A DNA stretch of 63,657 bases, counting the filler, from Phoronis australis (taxonomy: Eukaryota > Animalia > Phoronida): the NCBI GenBank assembly GCA_002633005.1. It is 6 parts of 6 records of this genome, joined end to end, with 100 filler letters (N's around TTAATTAATTAA, not from the genome) between each part and the next. Parts side by side here need not be neighbours in the genome. Positions count along the whole stretch, not along the records: positions 41,156 to 56,281 come from NMRA01000013.1; positions 56,382 to 61,770 come from NMRA01002346.1; positions 61,871 to 63,657 come from NMRA01000840.1; 3 more parts are not named here. One strand, written 5' to 3'. The position numbers and the translations under genes are program-made. Every line of letters starts with the position of its first letter. Position 1 is the first letter of the stretch. Below the pieces are notes generated by a model. The model was not told where the DNA came from and ran no database searches. It saw nothing but the letters and a program-made list of their open reading frames with translations. Positions 51,301-62,821 of the stretch are shown piece by piece.

Positions 51301-51401
51301 CTCCTCCCACTCTGGGTCAGCACACGCACCAAATATTGTCCGAGTTGCTAGGATACGATGATAGAAGTATACAAGATTTCAAGGACAGTGGCGTTCTGTA
51401 G
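42169..51401 (+). CDS. SUGCT: Succinate-hydroxymethylglutarate CoA-transferase (CaiB/BaiF, family III CoA-transferase), 5'-partial, 9 exons
   Basis: Nine phase-consistent exons. Motifs [53 protein letters not shown], catalytic [11 protein letters not shown]; stop TAG at 51399-51401. Confidence 0.93.
42910..42960 (+). CDS. SUGCT: SUGCT exon
   Basis: [17 protein letters not shown]. Confidence 0.88.
43506..43718 (+). CDS. SUGCT: SUGCT exon with catalytic Asp
   Basis: [15 protein letters not shown]...[31 protein letters not shown]. Confidence 0.93.
44618..44761 (+). CDS. SUGCT: SUGCT exon
   Basis: [48 protein letters not shown]. Confidence 0.93.
45524..45694 (+). CDS. SUGCT: SUGCT exon
   Basis: [12 protein letters not shown]...[18 protein letters not shown]...GAGNNEQF. 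Confidence 0.92.
46806..46903 (+). CDS. SUGCT: SUGCT exon
   Basis: [32 protein letters not shown]. Confidence 0.88.
49777..49879 (+). CDS. SUGCT: SUGCT exon
   Basis: [34 protein letters not shown]. Confidence 0.9.
50248..50311 (+). CDS. SUGCT: SUGCT exon
   Basis: [21 protein letters not shown]. Confidence 0.88.
51256..51401 (+). CDS. SUGCT: SUGCT terminal exon
   Basis: [35 protein letters not shown]...GVL*. Confidence 0.92.
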
Positions 51402-51738
51402 CAAAGAGAGCCTTGCGTCTTTGAAAGGTCTCATACTTTTGGCCATAATTTATGTGGTTTAGCTTTATTCTTCAAATTAAAATGCATGCGAGCAATGTAT
51501 TAATGTGCAATTGAGCTGTGATGGAGTGTTTATTTTAACCTCACAAATGAGTGTACAGTGCCATCGGTGCCAGTCACTCATGAAAGCATCTACGGACAAA
51601 ATACTGTGGAAGTATTCTTGTTGTTGAATGGAAACCAAAGGAAAGTCAGACTTTGTGAAACGTTTATGGAAAGTGATTATTTTGGTCATGATCTTTGTTG
51701 AAGTAGATGTTGCTATGCCGTCAGTTACACACGAATAA

Positions 51739-51960
51739 AAATATAAAATAGTAAAACTAGTAAAACTAAAATGACGAGCGTGGGTACTAAAATATATTGA
51801 AATATCGCCACGTATCGAGCGATGCGTTCTTTCTCAAGGGTGTGCTACAGACACACACCCTTCAGAAAGAGCGCATCCCTCGATACGTGGGGATATTTTG
51901 ATATATTTTAGTACCCACGCTCGTCATTCTAGTATTACTAGTTTTAATAATTTTATATTT
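51739..51960. repeat. Near-perfect ~220-bp palindrome (foldback element)
   Basis: AATGACGAGCGTGGGTACTAAAATATAT...AAGGGTGTG / CACACCCTT...ATATATTTTAGTACCCACGCTCGTCATT with a short loop. Confidence 0.92.
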
Positions 51961-53529
51961 GATGAAGTAAATGATGAAATACCATATTTAAGTTGTTGAA
52001 AATGCATTTGAGAAATTGTGATAGTTAAATTGCATTTGGTTATAAATCAGTTACTTGGTGCTGTTCTTACATTCTGTTTTATTTGAAAATTGTCTTCTGT
52101 GGAATAAAACGTGCAAGCTGACAAATTGTTTTGATGTGGTTTTCCAAGGACATCCATTACTCATGAAGTCTGATAGAACCATGTCTGAAAGAAAAGAGGT
52201 GCTGCTCGTTTGAGTAGTTTAAGGGTTTGATTAAAAATCTTTTTCAAATATTCATTTTACCCAGAGCATATAACATGCTGTAGTGTAAGTTTTGCTTCCT
52301 AAGTGCAAAAGATGGCGATACTATACGGTATCTAATGAATGGCGACTTGCGTGTTCTATTGATGTTTAAGACAGCTGTTTCTGAAGACATTGCAGATTTG
52401 TTTAAATGGAATGTTTGACTGGCCTAATTTTATCTTTTTAACTGGAAAATATTTTGTCCCTGGGTATCACTTAAAACCTGATGTTGATATAGGATGACGT
52501 TCGTTTGCTTTCGTTATTGCGGCTGGAGTTGTTAGATCCGCCTGAAAAGTTTTTTTTACATTTCCCATTAAATCTCATATTAAGGCCTCATGTGTGGGGC
52601 ATTACATTTTTAATTTTTTTCCAGGAAATGCATTATTTCAACTTTTCATGTTTTGGGTTGTTGGTTTAATTTCGAGAATTTTTCAGAATGGTTTTATCCA
52701 GTCGTTATTTTATTGATTTTGACAATATTTATCATTCCGGTTGTGAGTTATGGGCAGAAAACACAAGAAAAGGGACAGTTGGCCTTATATTATATATTAT
52801 TACTAAGAAGCAATGAGGCCTGATATTGGGGATCCTGACACTGAAAAAGTTGTCCCCGATTTCGCTTACAAGGTCACGGTCTTATATATCGGATTTTATG
52901 GTGCATACAGGACGATTAAAAGTTTGCTACCAGTTTGTGTACTTGATTATCTACAAAAGTATTGTTTCACATCGGCAAAAGAGCAATGATAAAAAAAACA
53001 TGCAAATAATCGACAGCGTTCACACTCTGAAGCGACGAGTTTAGCGTTAGAACTTGATAAAGATGTGGCCAATAGGTTGCGTGCTGACCAGACGGTCTTA
53101 TTATTTTTCCACACCGGTTTGAGATTTACATACTCATATGACTTAATTGAAAAAGATATCTTTATTGCGCAGATTCGATCGAGAGAACTAAGTCGAGGAA
53201 ACGTATTAATCAAATTGTTGATAACAAGCACAATCATTGTCACTTCAAATCATTTTTTTTCCATTGGCTATTTAACCCTCTAGAAAAATGCCGACTTAAT
53301 GTTGCCGGGAAGGGGTCTTGCCCCCCTTTGGCCGCAAAAAATAAACACTAAAATGGCACGGAAATAAATTTGGACATTTATGATATTACGGCTAATCGTG
53401 AGCATATACTTTAATACGTGTGTTGGTCATACACATTACATTTTTCCTCATGAGAATAGCTTTTACACCTTTTTCGCAAATGTCTGCACTGATTCTACTA
53501 GTGTATGCCATTGTATACCCACGTGATCA

Positions 53530-53765
53530 AGGTTTCATTGAAGCACTTCAATAGTTTCCTTGTTGGGTTAATCCAGATCGACACAGCAGGGTGGCTTAGA
53601 TACTTTAAACCTGGTTTTACTAAACCGGCTCCCTGGTCTAACAAAACCAGGCTTTCAGACTTCTAACCACGTTGATGAAACGCAAATTGGGTCTAAAATT
53701 AGACCAGATGTAGGAAGACCCGGTTTAAGTTTGGTTTTGTTAAACCATCTTTATGAAATCGGCTG
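53530..53765. mobile_element. Possible PIF/Harbinger-type palindromic MITE
   Basis: Repeated AAACC/GGTTT inverted motifs ending TTTATGAAATCGGC. Confidence 0.35.
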
Positions 53766-53769
53766 ATAT

Positions 53770-54370
53770 TGTCAAAGTATGGATTTCAAGAAGTCTGGTT
53801 AAATCAAGGCATTGTGTGTGAAAATATTATTCTGCTAATTTTTGAATAAGGGATTATTATTTTCAAGGATTTAGACAGAGTGTTGAGAGTAATCATAAGC
53901 CGTATTTTTATACTCAAATTACAAATTAAAGAATTCAAATGGGAAAATTTAAGTTTGAGTATACCTCGTGCACAAACTGTGTCCATGGCACGTTTTAGTT
54001 GTTCTAACCTCATTCTCATGATTGAAGTTGCAGGCACTTGAATTTAAATACGGCAAACAGAGTGTGCCCCTTCAGCCTCAATGTTGTGAAAGACGAGTAT
54101 CATTTTCTTCTAAGCTGTGATAAATATTCTGAACTTAGAGAGAAAATTATATTGAAGTGTACTACTGGAATATTCCGTCTTTTTTAAGTTCAATAGATTA
54201 ATGTCAACAAGTGATGATGCTAAATTAGTTAACCTATGTCAATATGTATTTTGTGCTTTTTGACTCCGTGATAACTTGCTGCACTTTTAAGTATTTTACA
54301 TGCTGTTCCTTTGTACTGTACGCCTGTGGTCTTTATTGCAGAAGTAAATTGATTGATAATTAAAAATAAA
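53770..54370 (+). mobile_element. Degenerate 3' end of a non-LTR retrotransposon (CR1/L2-group-like ORF2)
   Basis: Broken frames give YGFQEVWLNQG, MARFSCSNLILMIEV, RVCPF..VKDEYHFLLSCDKYSELRE (zinc-knuckle-like tail), followed by an A-rich end. Confidence 0.75.
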
Positions 54371-55941
54371 ATTTATTATTGCGATGTTGCATTTTAAAGA
54401 TACGTGTACCAAAGTTTTCAAAATAGACAGACTTCGACAGAACTCTTCCTGGCTATACTACACTTGGATAAACCTCTTGTCGGAATTATTTGTCAAATTA
54501 GTCGAACTCTTGTTGGACATGAATGTGACACTGCGCCTAGTAACTAATTGATTGTGAATGGGCCAATATGTAGTAAGATCTCGCGATTTCGACTGTCTAA
54601 ATGGAACAACAACTGTTGAGTTTTTGCTGAGATTTATCTAGAATTGAAATGGATTCTAGTCGAAATGAAATGAATATTTAGTAGCCGTTTCTTGCGCCGA
54701 AACATTTTCCAGTTTATTTTGAAAACTACCTTATGATAGTCTTTACACCTTTGCACAGTATGTCGTATTGTAATTTGTTGGTATGCTTGAGAACATAAAA
54801 ATAGACTTTTCCATGCAGACGTTGTTGTTATAGCAGCGTTACGTAAGTTTTAAAACTTATCTTAAAAACTATCCACCATTTCTGTCCTAATGAACGTAAG
54901 GTTCACCTGCACAAATGCAAAAACATGACTTGTTGCGTGCGACTATAGCTTTTTCAAAAATGGGCTCAAAACTCGAGAATTGTCCCGTTTTGTATGAAAC
55001 GGAAGTCACATAAATAACCAAACATTTTACAAAAGCCAAACCAAAGACTGCTTTAATAAGCTCGTAGCCAGCATTGCGTAGAGGGTGGATCGAATTTCTA
55101 AAACGGTGAACCTTTTGGTCATATCTCGCAGACGTCGGCCATTTTTTCCGTAGCGCTCTGAGGCAGCTAAGCCCAAAAGAAAGGAAATCTGTCTACCCCA
55201 CGATGAATCTTGGCGGCTCCATTTTCCTGACATCAGACGGAATTCGTAGATCTAGTCCAAGAAATGAGGATGCTATGACAGTTACTCGCAAAACGGGACC
55301 AAAGCTCGGATGCATTGTGATCGACAAGCTCTATTTCTGGATTCCTGAGGGTTACTCTCTGCCAAACTTTCGAATAATGCGTGCTTTAAAAGTGAAAGAG
55401 TATACTCCATCTCAGTCTCAGACGGAAACGTTTAGTATGACAATGACTTAATAATAAAAAAATTTTTGTCAGGTTACTTAAGTTGCTCATAGCGTTGGAA
55501 TTGGGAACAGCCCAGTACTCTGAAGGCAATACTCCAAAGGTTCACAACTCCGACGGTTCACGACCCCGAAAATGTGTGAAATTTCGGACTACGTGTGGTA
55601 ATGATACTGAGAACAACAACCGAGTATTATTAAAAGAAACTGTAACTGTTTGAGTTTCTTGCGCATGCGAAAGTGGGCTCAAAGCATTTCTTATGAATAC
55701 GGGAAAATGAATGCTTACTTGCATTTTGAAAAAAAAAATGAAGTACGTATATTGGTGAATTATTAAGCACGATACGTTCACCAAACCCATGTCCAGATCG
55801 CATCATTTCACAATGTGACTAAGAAGTTAATCCGTAGCACTTCAACCTCACCGACCACATCGAAATAGGTACCGGGTTGGAGCTAAATTTACTAAGTTAC
55901 CCAGGTCCTGACAGTCTTCACCAAATCAGAGAGTTACATGT

Positions 55942-56281
55942 AGGCGGGCCGCAGCCAAGCTGCCGAAGGCAGCGCAGGCACTGAGGCTCCGGCGTAGCAC
56001 TTAGGCGGGCCGAAGCCCAGCCGCCGAAGGCAGCGCAGGCAGGTTCCGGCGTAGCACTTAGGCGCGCCGCAGCCGTGCCGCCGAAGGCAGAGCAGGCAGG
56101 CTCCGGCGTCATAGCACTTAGGCAGGCCGCAGCCAAGCTGCCGAAGGCAGCGCAGGCAGGCTCCGGCGCAGCACTTAGGCGGGCCGCAGCCAAGCTGCCG
56201 AGGGCAGCGCAGGCAGGCTCCGGCGTCATAGCACTTAGGCGGGCCGCAGCCAAGCTGCCGAAGGCAGCGCAGGCAGGCTCC
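55942..56281. repeat. GC-rich 57-60-bp tandem repeat running into a gap
   Basis: GCGGGCCGCAGCCAAGCTGCCGAAGGCAGCGCAGGCAGGCTCCGGCGTCATAGCACTTAG, ~6 copies. Confidence 0.93.
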
Positions 56282-56381
56282 NNNNNNNNNNNNNNNNNNN
56301 NNNNNNNNNNNNNNNNNNNNNNNNNTTAATTAATTAANNNNNNNNNNNNNNNNNNNNNNNNNNNNNNNNNNNNNNNNNNNN
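56282..56381. other. Scaffold gap with linker
   Basis: Same 100-bp structure. Confidence 0.97.
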
Positions 56382-56620
56382 GTGAAACTTTGATTTAAAG
56401 AAACTTTTGATGAATGTTGCCAACAAATGTGGAGACTACGGTCATTTTATTTATCCCTAAGCTGGAGTAGTTTCTAAGGAGTGACGTATACACTTTCGGT
56501 CCCGATATGATAGAACAAACAAACTCACATGAATCATAATGACTTTGAATCTGTAGTAACTTATTGATGGACCCGGAAGCCCACTCACGCATGTTCAGGA
56601 CTAAACATTAAGATTCCTAC

Positions 56621-59369
56621 CTGTCAACGTCGTACTCTCTTTGGAATAATAGACAAAGTCGTTAGCGCTAGCGGTCGAGTGACTGTTGCTGCTAAGATAT
56701 TGGTGGCACCTGTTGGTGTTCATTTGCCACCAGGCGGCGTGACAGCTGGAATTCGTCAGGCACGTGTCAGCACATGCCTGGCTGTCTGCTGTCGTTGTTA
56801 TGATGACGTTTTGCGATACATCGCCCCTTGTTTTATAAGTGGCCTTCATTATGCTTGCAGCACCTGTTGGATTCACAAAAGAAATGACGCTGAGATATTT
56901 GACATTGACCGGAACTGGTCAAAATGAAAAGCTGCATTTCTATGAATACATGACCGTGATGGCACTATGTTCTTCGCAGCGCCCCATGGTGTGAGTCAAG
57001 GCATTTTGGTAATGTAAAACGGCACAAGTATTTTTCATTAGCGAACGCCTAGCCTCACGTATTTTGTTGTTAAACACAGATACCACCCTTAGTCTGATTG
57101 CCAATTGCGCTCGTCGCCTATCAAGACCACCGTCATTGCGCCATTTGGTCTGAACGGTGGGTTAAGGGGTTACTACAATGTGATGTATAACAAGAGCTTG
57201 CTGGAGAAACTTGAAAAAAAAGGAAGAGGACGGGCAATGGGTAGGTAATCATGCTCAAAGAAACAATGAATTTCTTTAGAGATCTCATGGAAATTTTGTT
57301 ATCATCCTACATGTAAGTAGTGGAGAGTTGTAGACAGCAGAGTTTTGGGAGGATCTTCCCAAACAAAATGTACTCTTGCTGAGCGTCACTATCCGGTGTA
57401 CTCAAAGACTTGCCTGTTACGTATATTTTTTGTAAGACGGGTTCCGCAAAACACGGACCCAAAAAATCGTCCCACATGTTGTTTGCCACGCACGTGACTT
57501 CTTTCTCCGTTTGCAAGTTTTCAAACACGTGACCAGATAAGCACGTGAACTTGACCTTTTGACCCACGTCGACTGTCGCCTTGCCTGCATTGTTTGTTGT
57601 GTGAGGAACATTGATGGAACACGAATCGGTGACAACTGTGAACATAAAAAACACTGACTTGAAACACAATCCCAGTTCATTTTCATTAATACCTTGCCAA
57701 ATGATTGGCACCATAAATTATCTTAGCAGATAACGCGTTTTCGGAATCACATAAATGTTTTAAGATGTCCGAGGTCTTAAAGCTGCTTGCCAATCTGTTT
57801 AGTTGGCTTAAACGAAAATACAGCTTGTTCTTTTAATCTAATAAAATCGACCTCATAATATTCCTTACCATGAAATTATTCTATTTCCCAAACCAACTTA
57901 GGTTACAGGCAATGTTTGTAAACGTAATTTCCGAAATCAATTCAGTTTTTAAAGTTTCTGAATTGCAAGTGGTCATCCGTAGAGATGGTAATACACCTTA
58001 TGAAAACCCAGAATTCTAGTATCCATGGAGATAGAAAGATGGTCACTGAACCATGGGCACTGAAATTATTGCCATTTTTTTACAAAGCGTTAAGGGAAAA
58101 CTGCGGCTGTATTTTTTATAAAATATCATTAAGGTTTGAGTACATTTTTGTGTATTATTTGTCCCTAGCCACCGGCCATAAACTGGGTCACTACAATGGC
58201 AGTGTACCAGGGTCTCTTTCAAAATAAACCATCGAAGCATGACCCTAACAAATGAGCTATGCCTGAACTCCATCACGATAACATGAATCTTGACCCTACG
58301 GCTTGCGCTGACGTGCTAAGCCACCTGTGTCAAGTGTTTCAGAGCTGAGTTGACCACCGGCCAAACTAATATACCTAATTTGAAGGTCCCCACCTTCATT
58401 TGGCGTGTTCGAGCCCATCTCCCAATCCTTAGGTCTAGGCCAAATAATCACTCTCCGAGAAAATTGTTCAAACACGGCATCTCAATTTCTAATGGCTGTA
58501 TCCCCGGGGGTTTGCCCCCATCTGTGGAGGCGTGGAGGTCGGTACAAATTTGCCGACATCCTGAGAATGGAAGTGGTGAAAGTGGTGGCTATAAGACGGG
58601 GACCGGCGGGCAAAATTTTGGCGAAGTTGAATTGGTTTGTGCCATCCTCAATAAAAGATACCTTCCTACGGGCCTGAAACGTCAGTAACACTCAAGCTCG
58701 GATTTTTGGAGAGGGGGGGTTTGGGGCCATGCCCCCCCCCCCTAAAATTCTTCCAGATTCCATTTGGCAGTTCAAGGTTTCGAATGTCTGACGGCCAAAA
58801 TCCTGCCTAATACCCTGCCCTGCCCCCTCCCTAACTCAAAATCCTGGATCCGCTTCTGAGACTGGACTCGAAAAAACTACCCAACTGTAAGAATCATCCA
58901 CGAAAAAGACACAATTTCGTAAGGTATTTTCCCAAAAATACCGTCCGAGCGAAGGTGTTAATACTTTCATGAACCTAACGCTCTCGCGGAGATACCAAGT
59001 TGTCAAAGTGACACCATCTTTCTCTAAAGGAAAAAATCTGCAGTAGTGGGAAAAGTCTTTCTAGAGAGTTTTGAACTCCCAAAGTGAACGCTGTTTAGTG
59101 AGGTAATTCGCAAAAGGCAACCATTCGTGGGGAACCTGTTCGTGAAAATTTCCCTGTCAGAGCAGCACTCTTTGTACATCACCTCTATAAGAGTACCCGA
59201 CTGGTGAGTTAGGACATTGTAGTGATATGGTTCCAATATGAAAGGCACAAACATAAAAGCGTTTTTGTTCCTGCCTATAATAAAGTCGAGAAAAGTCCTT
59301 ACCTGCCGAAAATACACTTGCTTGAGGAATGAAACGCAGAAGTAGAAAGCATTGCCATAACTTGGTCAT
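56621..59369 (-). CDS. Putative secreted/extracellular protein, 3'-partial: signal-peptide exon 59369-59303, Sushi/CCP exon 57635-57414, PAN/apple-like exon 56863-56621
   Basis: MTKLWQCFLLLRFIPQASVFSA then G|GTAAG. Sushi pattern C..VKFTCLSGHVF..VTC...W.....C. PAN pattern CADTCLTNSSC...RCHQY. All junctions are phase 1; next exon not seen before the gap. Confidence 0.65.
58693..58858. mobile_element. Short MITE of the same broad type
   Basis: Starts CAAGCTCGGATTT, ends GGATCCGCTTCTG, G/C-run subtermini; flanks ACACT/AGACT resemble a 5-bp TSD (4/5 match). Confidence 0.6.
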
Positions 59370-61770
59370 TTCCAACGCAATGTGATGTTCAATCAATTCT
59401 GTATTTGTATGTTTGAATACATGTGCGCTTTGCGTGACGTCAGAATGAATATACATGTGTCCAATAGCTATTGTCTTTTTGTCGATTTTGGATTGAATCT
59501 GATGTCCTGATCACACACAATTAAGATCATGTTCTGCTTGATCGACAATCTCTATAAACTCAGCCAGATACAAAGCTACAGAAAACATACGTTTTCACGA
59601 AAGTAAATCTTTAGACTTGATTGTTGACTCTACGCCAGTCTACCATCAATTGGGTCACGTGACTATGTCTTTTGGTAAATTTTAGCAATAAAGAAGTGTA
59701 CTTTCATATCAACATAGCAGCATCAAAAATGTGAACAAATTTTGTTTGATAAGAATGTACAAGGTGAAGAGTAAAAAAACGTCGTGACTGTTTTCCAAAT
59801 TATCATTTCGTCTTTGTTTCAGGCAACGTGAAAATTGGGGAAGTCCTAATGACCCCTAGAGCCAAAAATCCTTTTGAAGAACATTGCATAAAACAGTGCC
59901 AGTAACTTTAATATAATTCCGATCAACCATTACTAAGACTTGGAGCCTGTTTCATAACTTTTTCTGTCTTAACTTGCACCAAAATCGGGCTAACTTCAAG
60001 GTAAGATCAAAATTTCTTAGTCCCTTTCATGTGATTTCTTTAAGTGCTTTAAAAAACCACCATAGACCTTGCACTGCACATCACAACCGTGAATTCAATA
60101 TCCCTAAAATGAACAAATAGAAGAAACGCGATTTAAATTGACTGTTTCTTAGATCCACGAACATGAGTGCTGAACAAACCCAGCGCCAGTGTGCAATGTC
60201 CATAAACACGCAACTTTCATGTTGAAACGTGTGCAATATCCGCGCTTCTCTGTCGCGCGGGAAAGTAAAAAGTGTCGCAGCGTGGTCAAGTACTGAGTTG
60301 TCTTAACCACCAGAAACTAAACGCCTTGCGCGAAGTCTCGAACCGCGGAGTAACCCAATGCTGATCTAAACATTACTGTGGTTGATTAAAACGAGTCTTT
60401 CTAGCATTTTTCAAAAATGTTTTTCACAAACATCCGTCAGGCTCATCGTGTCGTCAATCTCAGTTTTGTACACCACTAAAACCGTAAAATAAATCAATCA
60501 AAATCACAAAAGAAGTACTGAACGAAATAATAATGGTTGTAGGAATAAACGAACTCCGTTCAAGATGCAGTTACTGATAACAAAAGTCCGCCAGTGAGAA
60601 CCAATTGTGGGAAATGACACTGTAGGTGTAAGTGCACTGTAGTTGAAGTCTCGTTAATTCCGATAACGTCCGTGCTTTCCGCGAGGGAGAGAAACCACAC
60701 TTTCCCATAATCTCGTCTACAGACTATGTTTACTTGCGAACCATTCCGTGTGTGTCCATTGCAGCAACATGGAATCGATCACTTGACTTGATTAAATTTG
60801 TCATGTCCAGTCACTTCAATATACGAGTGGGCCTTGGTGTCTAAGTTAAACATATCAGACCTTAGAAAAAGATTTTTTAGGAGGAGTGAGTAGAAGATTA
60901 TTTTTGTTTGATATATTTTTTAAAATAATGGGAGTTAAATATACTGTTTAATTTAAGCCTTTAATCTAAACATGAAAGCCACAATTAAAATGACAATGGA
61001 TTTTGTACGAGATAAATAGCTGTGTAAAATTGTTAAGCTATGCAGGGCTATCGGTGACGTCTACTTGGTCTAAGGTATTTGGTAAACAAAAAAGTACAAC
61101 CGATCTGCCCGCCTTGGCTGCTGTAAGTTCCGACTAGATTCTTGACTGTGAGTTCGACAAAATCGCGCAAGTTTTCGGGAGATGACGCGATACATTGCCA
61201 GCGAGGCAGGTGATTTACTCTCCGAGTTACAGAGCAGGTGCCTGAATAAGAGAGTTGCCGGGCAATACGAAGATATCGCAATGAATTCTCCTCGTCCCAA
61301 ACATAGGAGTAGGAAAACACCTTCTATCATTGGCCTCGTTTTGGAAACTTCGGTTTGATTTTAGGGGCCATGTCGGAAAGAATCACGAATGCGCAGACAT
61401 TTGTTCAGTTTATCATACTTTCTTTTATCGGAGTTGCAGCCAACAGCTCATAGAGCAGTAAAACTGAATCTGGAATGTTGAAACAATAATGCAGCCGACA
61501 AAACCTTGTAAAATGCACCACTCCAATAAATAACACGAGAAACGAAGCTATAGGCAACTGATACTGCAGCCGCGAATAAATATCGAGAGATACAAGTGAT
61601 ATTAATTGGGAAGTCGACATGAAATCATCTGTCACCACCTGTCAATCGCGGGCAAGCAGTCGATCAATATCATAATATACATCTGAGCTATATTCAAAAA
61701 CCTGAGAAAATCGAATGCATACTTTCATTTTGCAAAGAGGTGGAAAAGAAGGAAATCCAACAAAATAGGC

Positions 61771-61870
61771 NNNNNNNNNNNNNNNNNNNNNNNNNNNNNN
61801 NNNNNNNNNNNNNNTTAATTAATTAANNNNNNNNNNNNNNNNNNNNNNNNNNNNNNNNNNNNNNNNNNNN
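61771..61870. other. Scaffold gap with linker
   Basis: Same 100-bp structure. Confidence 0.97.
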
Positions 61871-62821
61871 AAGAGCGTAGGGAAATGGTGAGTTCATTAA
61901 TTAACCCCGGTAATTAAAATTATACGGATGAAAAAAGATTTAAATGTGTGCAGTTTTAGTGTTTTTTTTTGGGGGGGGCTCAAACCCCAATTTCAATTGT
62001 CAAATTCGGAACACGGCGCATTCGTACCGGAACTATGGCTAAGTATAGGCTCTCCCGCGATATCCCAGGCGACCGGCAGTGGCGCTGCGCACTACGACTC
62101 CGTTTTCGTCGTCTGCTCCACTGTGCAATGAAGAAAATTTACTTCATTTTTTAAAGAGAATGGAACCTGAGAGACGATGAGAAAACAGAAGCTGCTGGTA
62201 AGATGTGAAGTTTAATCAAAGCCTTAATGAATCACTCAGAAACTCGCAATATTCTCTTTGTCAAACCTTATCTTAAGACGATTTCCAAAGCAATCCCGTC
62301 ATTATTGCCAACACGAAAAACGGATTTGGTCTTTTGGGCATTTGAAGACTATTTTAAATACGACAAATTTGTTAAGAATTCATGGCACAAAACATAAAAC
62401 GAATAATAAACAGTACGAAAAGAAGTAGGTTTCGCGCGCAAACGCTGTGGACCATAAACAAAAAGGCCTCTTATCATAGTGTCAGTTGCTAAGTCGTGGT
62501 GGTGTAGAGGTAACGCACGCGCACGCTATCCGACGGATCGTGAGTTCGAATCTTTGGTACGTTCAGATTTTTCTGTTTGACACGTTTTCTTTTTTTATTT
62601 TTCCTTTTTTTCTTGGATAATACTTCAGGAATCAAGGAAAATGCTTGATTTTTAGAGGTAAAAACAGAAAAATTTCCTGGGCGGGAGGGGGGCAAACCCC
62701 CCTCCCGACCTCCCCCCATTCGGTGCTATGCGCATCTACAATCGTGGTTCAGTTTGCACAAATGCTTATAGCCGGACAAAATGTTGGGCCCCCCCCTTGT
62801 GATATCCTAGATCCGCCACTG
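61871..62821. mobile_element. Second copy of the 37565-38548 element, inverted, one end lost in the gap
   Basis: Colinear reverse-complement similarity throughout; ends CCTAGATCCGCCACTG. Confidence 0.88.

Noticed and set aside
54394-55389. Kolobok-like element bounded by TTAAAG...CTTTAA
   Set aside because: Terminal match beyond the hexamer is too weak
55918-56329. Ala-rich ORFs on both strands
   Set aside because: Produced by a GC-rich tandem repeat; no splice or start support
61048-61638. Minus-strand ORFs (LTVKNLVG motif; hydrophobic 77-aa ORF) as another gene
   Set aside because: No consistent splice model or recognisable domain
62493-62565. Functional tRNA gene
   Set aside because: A and B boxes are present but acceptor and anticodon stems do not pair convincingly; lies within a transposon
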